The notes below the pieces were generated by a model. It worked only from the letters and a program-made list of their open reading frames with translations, was not told where the DNA came from and made no database searches. The position numbers were made by a program, and so were the translations under genes. From assembly GCF_032062105.1 (NCBI RefSeq), contig NW_026930547.1, forward strand, positions 124,001 through 188,000: a stretch of DNA of 64,000 bases, read 5' to 3'. Position 1 is the first letter of the stretch; each line of letters opens with the position of its first letter. Origin of the DNA: Saccostrea cucullata (lineage: Eukaryota). Shown in pieces: positions 53,935 to 64,000 of this stretch.

Positions 53935-55408
53935 TAATTATACCTGAGCTTGAAGGCTCAAGTGAGCTTTTCTGTAATCACCATTTTGTCCGTCGTCCGT
54001 CCGTCTGTCCGTCCGTAAACTTTTCACATTTTCGCCACTTTCTTCTCAAGAACCAATGGGCGCAAATTGAAGGCATCAAACTTGGTACAAAGATATCCTT
54101 AGGGGAAGGGGAGTTTAAATGTAAAGAGAGGGCTGATCAGCCAGTACAAGGTGTTGAGATAATCTACAAAAGACAAAAATTGGGTGGGGTCATTTAAAAA
54201 TCTTCTTCTCAAGAACCACTGGGCCAGGAAAGCTGAAACTTATATGGAAGCATCTTTGGATAGTATAGATATTAAATTGTTAAAATCATGACCCCTCGGG
54301 GGCAGGGCGGGGCAACAATAGGAAATCCAAATTTCACATAGAAATTTATAGAACAAATTTTTAAAAATCTTCTTCTGTAAGTTTATTTCACTGGGCTTTC
54401 AAATGACTGCATATTATTTCTTGTGGATAAAATCCTTGAATAAAAAGTGTGTTAGATATTAAATTGTTAAAACCAAAAATTTCGGGGGTACAAAGTGGCC
54501 ACATTTCATAGGAATTCCAAGTTTTACATAGAATGTAAAGAACAAATCTTTAAAAATCTTCTTCTCAAGAACCACAGGGCCAGATGAAATTGCTGAAACT
54601 TATGTGGAAAAATTCCTTGGGTATTGTCAATTTTAAATTGTTAAAACCATGGAGCTCCGGGGTTGCGTGGCCACAATAGGGAATTCAAGTTTTACATAGA
54701 AATGTATAGATACAAATTTTAATTATCTTATTGGCATAAACCACTGGGCATTTTTTTTAGCAAAGTAAAAATCTTGGAAGCATTCTGGGGTAGTGTAGAA
54801 TAATTGTTGCAAAAATTGGTGCTTGCGTTTCCTTTATGGTTTTTTAAGTTTTACATAGAAATATATTGATCAAATCTTTAAAAATATCTTCTCAAGAACC
54901 ACTGGGACAGGAAATAAACTGTTATATTATTAACACACTGAATTTGTTCAGTAATATTAAATTTTATGAAATAACACTACGGGTGTGACCGGGGCCACAA
55001 TGGTATGCCAATTCTTTACATAGATATATTTAGGAAAAATGTTTTAGGAATTTTTTTCTCAGTTTTTCTGCTGTTTCAAGGAAATTTTGACTTGATTATG
55101 TGTAAGCATCCTTATTTAGGAATATTCAATTTTATCATAAAGGGTAGGCTTCTTGCCAAAATATGGGAATCCAAGTTTTACATAGACTAAAATTCACACA
55201 AAAATTTATAACATTCCTTACATTTACAAAAACACTTGGTCAAAAGCTGAAACTTATGTGAAAGCAATTTCTTGCTATGTAGATTTACAGTATTAAAATC
55301 ATGAAGGGGATAGGGGGGATGATAGGTATAGCAAGAGGGTAAATCGGGTAAAGAAGTCCATAAAACAAGTTACAAAATAAGAGCATGAGCAAACATGGGC
55401 CTCTTGTT
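53935..55408 (+). mobile_element. Helentron-type non-autonomous element with a Cg170/HindIII-like satellite array (patchwork sequence)
   Basis: 5' cctgagc..aaggctcaagtgagcttttct, a (GTCC)n microsatellite, repeated aaaatcttcttctcaagaaccactgggc units of about 170 bp, and 3' catgggcctcttgtt. Confidence 0.8.
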
Positions 55409-55435
55409 ATAATTATACTGCTGTGCTTGAACAGA

Positions 55436-55873
55436 ATGGCAGTCTGGGTAACCACCACCGGATGTCACATTCCTGAAGGAGCGATACGAGCAGGGTACGA
55501 GGCAGACGGTCGGCCACTTTTTATTGCCCTGGCGCAAATTGAAGGCATCATGACGCCTGGTAAATGTGGCTATCACTTACCGGGAGCCCATATTCCGTAC
55601 GGATGTAAAGAGAGGATTATTAGCCAGTACGAGGTGTTGGTCCATCCGACAAACGCCTCGGGCTTTTTTGATTGGCAGCGTGCTTCCGGCGGAAATGTTC
55701 CTGATACTGCGTTCAAGACTGACAAGGAGACTTATATTGGTCGGGCTCACCATTCGGGGAGCCTTATTCCGTGTAAGATTGCTACAGGGTACCAACATAA
55801 ATGTGCTTACATGAGTTATGGCGGGAAAGAACATAACACAAAGGACTATGAGGTGCTCTGCACAATCAAATAA
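55436..55873 (+). CDS. DM9 lectin copy 10, intact, 145 aa
   Basis: aacAG|a precedes ATG 55436; two DM9 repeats, with SLIPCK as recalled for CGL1. Confidence 0.92.
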   Translation: MAVWVTTTGCHIPEGAIRAGYEADGRPLFIALAQIEGIMTPGKCGYHLPGAHIPYGCKERIISQYEVLVHPTNASGFFDWQRASGGNVPDTAFKTDKETYIGRAHHSGSLIPCKIATGYQHKCAYMSYGGKEHNTKDYEVLCTIK

Positions 55874-56409
55874 TTGTAACAAAAAATTCAACTAGTTTCA
55901 GAAAGCAATATTGTTCTATATAGGTGTTTATTTCATTCGTACTTTCAAATGACTAGCATATGATTTTTTGAATTAAAAAGTGTGTTATCGATATTCAAAT
56001 AAACCAAAAATTTCAGTACAAAGTGCTACACATCGTAAGTTTCCAACGATCATATTTGACAATGTAGAAGAAAGAAAAGAGTGAAATACTTTACTCACAT
56101 CCTCTGCATAGATGAAATTGCTCAGGATAACGTGCAATGATCTATCTGAAAAATTCCAGTCAAAATTGTCAATTTCTGCAACGGCAAAAAATATGGAGCT
56201 CCGGAAAACCAATGTTTTGTCCTCATGGTAATTTTGATTGCGTTCAGAAAATGCATCGAATATTGGATGGTTCGTAATTATTTTATCGGCATAAACAAAA
56301 CCTGCATTTTTGTTATCTATTGTACAGTTTTGAATCTTTTAGCATCCTTTAGAGAGAATAATGTTTGCAAAATTTGGTGCTTGCGTTTCCTCTATGGTTT
56401 TTGTAGGTT

Positions 56410-57840
56410 GTATAGTCGATACAATGATCTTGTCAGCAAATACGTTAACAAGTACTATCTATCATTAAGTTGTTTGTTGACACGTTTTTCATATTAATTG
56501 TGAGGTCTTTATTAACACACTGAATTTCTTCATGAATTATTCCGTTTAATGATAAGAAGCACTACGGGTGTGACCAGTCGACATTGTATGCCTTCTCCTC
56601 GTAGCACCTGATGCCACCTCTGGTGATTTGAGGTCCGTGTTTATTCTGCTCCCATTTTTCTGCTGTTTCAATGGAATTTTGGACTTGATTATCGTTTGTT
56701 TCATTCTTATTTAAGGAATGTTTCACAGTTTTACAGACTTGTCGCGTAGGCATATTTCATAAAGTGCTGTAGTGCTTCTTGAAAAATATGCCTACGTGCA
56801 AGTCTTGTGTGATTCACAAACTAATACTTCACACAAAACTTTATAACATTCCTTACATTTACATTTGACATGTCTAAAAGCACCAAAAATATACTCAATG
56901 TTTGAATTTCCCGCTGCCCTATGTTGTTACATTTTTACTAACGTAGAAGGATATGGAGATAACGATCGGTATTCAATGTCAAAGTCCATAAAACAATACA
57001 AAATAGGAGCAGAGCAAACACGGACCTCGGAAACATCAGAGGTGCCATGGAAGAGTGAGCATCCCCTGCTGACCGGTCACACCCGCCGTGTGCTCCTTGT
57101 CATGATCGGGAAATAACGCAAAAATCCGTAACAATTAGTATGAAAAACGTCAGTCAGCATTTGATTCAATGATAAATTGTATTTGCTGACAATGTCATTA
57201 TATCGACCATAGAACTTACGAAATGATGCCGTTAAATGGGACTGCTGATACTCTTGTTTCATCAACTTGCTTGTCAATAATCGTTTATAAGATTGGATAA
57301 AATAGTGGAAGAAATGAACATTTTCACTGACACGGCAGGATCTATAGGTTTTGCTGGAGTAATGAAGAGTGTTTTGCCAAAATAACTGAAAGACATTCAA
57401 ATATATTAGTAGCTCTTTACAATTATGGTTTTGGTAAATATTGATATTTTTGGTGATAACAAACCATTTTCAGCATCGGCAGAGTCCATGATTGTTAATT
57501 TTATTATAAATCAAGTCAGAATTTGAATTAATAATACCGTGCAGGAAGGTCAAATAATTGATTATGTGAAGCAATTTGAAACTTTTTCGGGACCCTGCAT
57601 CTCCAGTCATGTGCTCTTCTGACTGAGATTGACGACGGATTTTCCGTTATTTCCCGATCATGACAAGAAGCACACGGCGGGTGTGACCGATTGGCAGGGG
57701 ATGCTAAATTTTCCAAGGCACCTGATCATACCTCTGATGTTTTGGAGGTCCGTGTTTGCTCTGCTCCTATTTTGTATTGAATTTTATTAAGCTTTTAGAA
57801 ACTAAAAATATACTGGCGTTATTTCCATATGTTTCATTGA
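56410..57840. mobile_element. Cluster of three Penelope-like 3' ends (+ 56410-56710, - 56945-57285, + 57620-57840)
   Basis: SFRKFYGRYNDIVSKYNLSLNQMLTDVFHTNC and conserved 3' tails. Confidence 0.8.
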
Positions 57841-59193
57841 ACAAACAACGTTTGTGAGATATTGTGACGTCATAATGCCTCTGCACGCACACTGACTCTC
57901 CGATGAATACATACATGAATGTCTTCTAATTATAATCCAGTGAATATGTAGTGTTAGGAACTGCTTGCCTTTATATAGATTACTGGTATACAGGGACTCT
58001 TTATAGACTCTATGTTAAAATGCTTTAGCCGATTAGCTGTCTAGCTCCTTTTCAATGTCATGACGCCACCAACATTACTTCTGAACTGTAAATGATTAAT
58101 GACCATAAAAGCACAAGACCAATCATTCAAAAATGATGGGCAGGATTAAATTTTGCATATGTGACAACTACAAAGTCAAATTTTCTGAGTGTTAGTACCA
58201 CAAAAAGGGTCTTGAGAAAGTGAAATCTTGTTATCTATGATACTTGATAAATCTTTTTGGAATCTTCAAATACAAAATGTAAGCCTGTTTCTTCCAAACA
58301 GATTTCCGTGTTCTCTTTTTTTTAACCCTTTTCAGACCACCTGAATATTGGTTTATTACTTTTGACTTGTTTTGATTAAGCCCCATTTCAACTGTTGTGC
58401 AATCAAATTCTGTTTAAAAGTCATTAAGTTGCTAACAAGCTTTTGTTACGTAAAATTCCTGCTAAGCGGATTTGATTATTTTTCACCCCATTCCATAGTA
58501 CGCAAACTATTGATTGATAGATAAACAAGTCGGTTTTAAAGAGTCTAGATTTTTTTTACTTTTCACAATCTATATTTTCAATCAACACTTGGTGTGTGAA
58601 TATGCAATTTGTGTCTGCAGATAAATCTATTTTGCAAATTCAATCAATTTAAAAGAACTTGTTTAAATATAAGTTTGTTTAAATTTTGACAATGCCTTTT
58701 ATATCTGATGTATTAGGCGTGAATATATCTGGTATTGTCTCCACCAAGCTTTAACTATTGTCTACAAATGTTAACAAAAAAATCCAGCAATTCCCATTTT
58801 TATACTGTAAAATGGTTCGTCACACTCACTTAATTTTAATTCAATCTCCGACTGTTCCTCGGATAAATAAACACTCCTTATCCCTCTGTTATACACAACA
58901 CGATTATTTTCCTATCGGCATTATTCATATGGGGTATACCTTAGCAGTGATAATTTCCTACCATGAAATTTAGTGTGTATTTACACTGCAAAAGGTAATG
59001 GAACTTAGGGGAACAAAACCTGGGAAATGTTGAATAAATACGGCATACCTTTTTTATTGACATAAATTGTGTAAAGATATGCGAAAGAGATTATTGATTG
59101 TGCAACAGTTTGAATGCCAAAATAAAATCGGATGCCATTACTGATAATTTAAAAAATCTATCGCCTTAACATCCAATGGTGGCAAAAAGGTAA

Positions 59194-59196
<3 letters not shown>

Positions 59197-59254
<58 letters not shown>
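59197..59254 (+). repeat. (TC)29 microsatellite just after a candidate donor (aag|gtaagg at 59189/59190)
   Basis: Read directly. Confidence 0.97.
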
Positions 59255-59259
<5 letters not shown>

Positions 59260-59639
59260 GATTAAGGACATACGCAACGTACCTTACCTACTGATAATTT
59301 TTCAAGGTATTCTTAATTTAAGGTTATAGTGATATCAGATGTTCAAAGACAAAAAATCAGCATGCATTACCAGGTGTTTTTGAAAGATAAAAATTAATGA
59401 AAAGTTTTGGATTATACAAAGAAAAATATGTAAAGAATACTACACATATATTATAGATGTTTCTTTTGTCCAAAATTGTTTTTGAATATGTGTACAATAC
59501 CATAACGTTGAAATCAAAATATAACACACAGTTCCTTGAAGAATTAGAACTCTTCAGCCCCATGGAAAAAGACAATAAAGTTCAAACTACGTTGCGTATG
59601 ACTTTGAGTGCTGATCCAGATTTTTTGTATTCAGGGAGG

Positions 59640-62063
59640 ATGTCGAGGTCGATTTTAAAAAAGGACTGTCAGCGCTTCTTCAGGGCAGGAATCCTCGTTC
59701 TCAAACAAGGAACATCACTGCTGCAGATGCTTCTCGATCTTCAGCTTCATCAAATGCATGTCTCTCTCGGGGAACTTCTATCTCAATATCACCATGAACT
59801 TTTTCACTCATGGCAGAAAAGTCCTTGTTGTGCTTGCCCAACCCAAAAGGCCTCTTACTTTTCTGGCTTTTTACTAAAACAACAATACGAAGATTTGTTT
59901 GATTTTGTTCCAAAGCATGATCGCGACTGTAGAAATATTAAGACATCTGTACATGGCCTGTGCAGCTGTCGGTATGAAGTTATAAATGGCATAACCGCCA
60001 AAAGTCTTGATATCATTGTAACGTCTATGCTTCTCCTTAATTTGGAATGTTTTCACTTTGATGATGACGTCATTGAGGCGATCTCTGAGCTACGGAGACT
60101 TAGAAATGAGATAGTTGCCAAAGGTTCCACAATGAGTTTTACAGAAGATGAGTTCACTTTGTTCTGGAATAGAGCTAATCCCTCTATAACGAAAATTGCC
60201 AAAGAAATTTCTGATCAATTTCTTAAGCAAACAGTTGAAAACATCCGGGTTCTAAAGGATGAACCTCTTCATCTATATTCAGCCATGGTTGTCATTACCA
60301 CAATACGTCACGGTAACCAAAGAGAGTTGGCATTTCTAAAGGTAATGCTACATACTGCATGAAACACATGTTTAAACTCCCTCCAAGTAATAAAAAAGAA
60401 AATACTACCAGAAATTGGATAATTGTCAAATTACACTATATATTTTTCAGGACTTGGAACATGCACAGAGATTGCTGAGCGACAGGCGTCAAGGTGAACT
60501 TTTACCAATGCTGAACTTTGGTTTAGAAGTAGTCTGTTCAACATTTGGACTTTCTAACCCTGCTCTTAAGGTATTGCTTTCCTAGCGATATTGCTTTAAA
60601 ATTATTTCCACCCCAAAGCATGTATCTGTCATCTCATACCATTTACTTTTGAGGATTCGTTGGTGTTTGCCAAACTATTGGGTCATAATCATGTCGCAGG
60701 TACTTTTATTTTCATTTATGTACTAACTTCAATATTGCTATAGGAAATGCAGAATTCTAAATTCCTGTTGCATAATGGGAAGACCATGGACCTTATCAAA
60801 ACTTTCTCCAGTCCTTGGATGAAAAAGCTGATAAAATCTAGGCTCTTGGTTCAAGAACAGACTGAGATCTGGCTCGAAGAATTGTGGGCTGCAGACCCTC
60901 TAAGTAAGTCAAGTGGTTAATGAATAAATGTGTTTTTAGTAATTTCATTCAATACACATTTATGTTTCAAACATATGTTTTAGGACCAAAGACAAATTCA
61001 AATTTAGGATTCATATCGTGCGGTAAAAACATCATATTGTCCAACGATCGCCGACATGCAGTATGGAACTTTATAGAATCGGAAGGTGTGACATTCAGTA
61101 GTAGAGCGATGAATCACTTAGAGCATGCGCATCTTGAAATCATGGGGAGTGGGGAGGTTGCTGTTGGTGTATTGGAAAGTGATCCGATGATTCAAAGGCA
61201 ACGGTTATCTTCTTTTTCTGCATGTCCCGAGTTTAAGACTGCCATTGTAGTGAAAACATTCGAGTCCTCGAGCCTAGTAAAGATGGTTCGGGATGTTGAC
61301 GAGTTAGTGATTTATTGTGACAAGCAACGATATGTGTTATACATTGAGCAAGGGAAAAGGGTGTGGCTTGTGTTTTGCCTACGATTTGGAGATGTGAAGA
61401 TTGAACTACGTGAGTAAAATTTGAACCAAAAAAGGTGCTTGTTAGAAAGATTATTTGAAACCAAATACTATCAGTTAATTAAAATTTTATTCAGTTCTTT
61501 AGCTTAAGTTGGCAACGCTTAATTCAAATGACTTTTTTAATATACTATAAACTTTAATTATTTTAGACTCATCAGCAAATCATGCAATGAAGTTTCATGA
61601 CGTCATGGGAAGCAATGTACAGGCAACTGGAGGAAACAAACGTCTGCTCTGTCTAAAACATGTCAATTCGCAATCCGTGTGTCGTCTGAGCAGGCGAATC
61701 CATTATGGTGAGGAGGTCACTCTATTCATTAGACAAGAGAAACCTACCAATGTTCATGCCATTCCATGCTACATTCTTATAGGCATCAGTGCAGACGGAC
61801 TCCATAACGGGTCCCTACATGACGATCAACCATTCACTTCCGCATCACGTTCGTGGCTCATAAAAAGGAAATTAGAAGAGTTAGAATGTATTGGAAAGAT
61901 CCAAGTTTGTGTGTCTATGAATGGATTACTGAAATTTGTTACCTCTAAAGGCTCAACTTTAACAGTGCAACTTAGTGAAAGTGAAAAAAAGATGGGTGTT
62001 GCGGTGGTTTTCGAATTATTTCGGACAGAACTTGAAATCGTTAACTATAAAATTAAACAATAA
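59640..62063 (+). CDS. 634-aa protein with a DZIP3-like HEPN domain and two Neuralized (NHR)-like domains. Exons 59640-60341, 60451-60570, 60744-60903, 60984-61409, 61567-62063
   Basis: All introns are GT-AG with matching phases (0,0,1,1), giving a 1905-nt open frame; branch point TACTAAC at 60721. HEPN-like LDI....LL...I..LRRLRN....S..E.EF..FW. NHR-like GF..CGKNIILSNDRRHA.....GVTFSSR and KFHDVMGSNV. Confidence 0.8.
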
Positions 62064-62254
62064 AACATTGTTTTAATTAATATCTTCCAATGTACGTTAA
62101 AAACATTGTGATAAGTCTACTCAAGATTTCATTTTAGTAATTTTTTCTTTTTCTTTCATTGTGACACTATTAAGATTATTTTCCTGTGATTTGAAAATAC
62201 ATGTATACAGTTTTGTACATATTTTTTAAAGTATAAACCTGTAGATGAAGAGGG

Positions 62255-62940
62255 TGAACATAACGAACAGTGATCGATCTCTATAATTCTATATGCTGTA
62301 CAATTTAAATTTAACAACAGGGCATAAACACGAACTCCTGGAAGTTCTAGAGGTGGGATCAGGAGGAGTAAACATCCTCTGTTGACTGGCCACATCCACT
62401 GTGAGCCTATATGTTGATCATCAACTTTTTTTTCAAAAAATCAGAGAAGAGATTAATTTATCTCGTTTAAGTGTGAAATGTTCTATACGTAAAGCATGTC
62501 GTTGTTGATATTCTTGTTTCATCAACTTTTTTTCAACGGAGAGATATAAACCCCATATGCAAATGATGATAATATTACTGCATAAGTAAGGAGTTGATGA
62601 TTCAAAAATAAAGTCATTGCGTTTATCATAAAACTTTGTTGTTAGATTGCAATTAACTAATAAAATATCCAAATATGAAACAAATGTACCATACTCCATG
62701 GTATCTTTTATTTCAAGCTCTCTGGGATAGATGGTGTCGACATATGAATGGAAGTAACTTGATTGTTAATGCGTCGTCGAAATATCTATATGTTGAGTTG
62801 AAGGTCAGAAAATAATTTATTCTTCTCATATATGTATGTTTTGAAGAAGCTATTGTTAATTTAATGATGCGTCATCGATATAAATTTCTAGTTAATGGTC
62901 ACATCAAGCGTTTTCTTCTCATGTAGAAGTTATTGCATTT
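62255..62940 (-). mobile_element. Degenerate Penelope-like 3' fragment
   Basis: VSYLDILL..NLTTKFYDKRNDF and KLMKQEYQQ plus the 3' tail. Confidence 0.75.
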
Positions 62941-63170
62941 ATATGTATTTCGTCTAACATAATCTTTTTTTTTAACTTATTCCTAATAAAAACGCTGGAA
63001 AATGTAAATACCAGAGAAGATCGTTAGAACAGGCTTCCTAAGTTAAGATTATTGATTGCGTCTAAAACCAAAACCTAATTCTTTTGTAAATAAAAATAAA
63101 GTTATTAAACGGGGACATCCACAATTCTTCAGTGTTAGATACGCTTATCAAATATGTAGTAAAGGTTGCT

Positions 63171-63249
63171 GCTCCATTGAATCACATCTCTCATTTTTTT
63201 TATGGACCACCATAAAAAAAAATATTCGATAGATGTGATTCAATGGCGC
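63171..63249. repeat. Short palindrome
   Basis: ccattgaatcacatct...tttttatgg acca ccataaaaa...agatgtgattcaatgg. Confidence 0.7.
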
Positions 63250-64000
63250 AGAAACATGGTCTATTCAATATCTCTCAGAAGTCTGTAGAGTCTTGTGGAT
63301 TTTTCAAATTTCCAACTCTACTTAGAGTAATTTCTAAACGAAGAGGGGTAATATATTTCAAAAGGACAAAATTAAAATAGAAAGATTTTCTATCGTTCTC
63401 GTTTAGATTTTCCTGCGATTTCCTTTTCAGGGTTTTGAACGTCGCATTGATCTCTTTTGGTCTTGCATTTCTCTCTAATGAAATATAAAGATAACGATCA
63501 ATATCCAAGATCGAAAGTCCATTCAAACAATAAAAATCAGTAGCAGAGAAAACACGTACCTTTAAAACATCAACATATATTAAAATAAATTCTGAGAAAA
63601 TTCAACGTTAACTTGTATTATAAATATAATAAAACATACTAAATGAGTCTTACATATTATGTTATATATAAAGACGATTATTGCTGTGACAGCGAAAAAC
63701 AATACAGTTTTTATCTCTCAATTATTTTGTGACCTGATTCAACTTTTTATTTCTTCTTTGGCTTGAATCTGCCTTTTTTCTTTTTTTTTTATTGAAATGG
63801 TCAGGAAAAGGCAGGAATGCGTTGGGTTGCTTATCTTATTACTTCACGGAAAAAAAAAATATTTGCTTAATGTAGATTTAAGTTTACTCTACAAATATGG
63901 GTCTTTTGAGAGATGCACCAATTTTTACAGTCGAAATTCAATTTTGTTATGTACGGAGGTACGGAATTGATGATCTTTAAGGAAAAAACCCTAAAAGTGG

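Noticed and set aside
55385-55435. Apparent signal peptide MSKHGPLVIIILLCLNR on copy 10
   Set aside because: It is made of the Helentron 3' end (itself mosaic) plus the acceptor region. The AG|a-ATG context at 55436 matches the other copies.
130-55873. Natterin toxin genes
   Set aside because: Each intact CDS stops after the second DM9 repeat, and no aerolysin-like pore-forming domain exon was seen.
157-55891. Antisense and alternate-frame ORFs over the DM9 genes (157, 6075, 18993, 45828, 45949, 51491, 55370, 55566, 55577)
   Set aside because: They are shadows of the coding sequence; their mutual similarity follows from the paralogy.
59457-59639. N-terminal 61 aa of the 301-aa ORF
   Set aside because: It lies upstream of a good acceptor (ttttttgtattcAG, 59634), is AT-rich and shows no domain similarity; probably intronic.

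Overview
This is AT-rich eukaryotic genomic DNA, most likely from an oyster (Ostreidae). The taxon call rests on CGL1-like lectins, a Cg170-type Helentron satellite and oyster-type Penelope repeats. About 56 kb holds a tandem array of 10 copies of a small two-DM9-repeat lectin gene (CGL1/DM9CP/natterin-like; no signal peptide, no aerolysin domain). Seven copies have intact ORFs and three are pseudogenes. Nine copies start as a single coding exon one base after a splice acceptor. The array shows birth-and-death evolution: an inverted copy, a duplicated two-gene block with reciprocal decay, a gene-conversion tract and variable putative sugar-binding loops. Directly downstream is an intact gene with 5 coding exons (634 aa). 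It combines a Cys-rich DZIP3-like HEPN domain whose catalytic His is replaced by Lys with two Neuralized-homology-repeat-like domains. The spacers contain Penelope-like fragments, a Tx1/L1 LINE nested in a Penelope copy with a 16-bp TSD, TA- and TTAA-flanked non-autonomous DNA transposons, palindromic elements and satellite arrays. One Helentron (53.9-55.4 kb) is interleaved with collinear blocks of the sequence that follows it, probably a consensus artefact of a heterozygous insertion. All family assignments come from motif recognition by eye; no searches were run.
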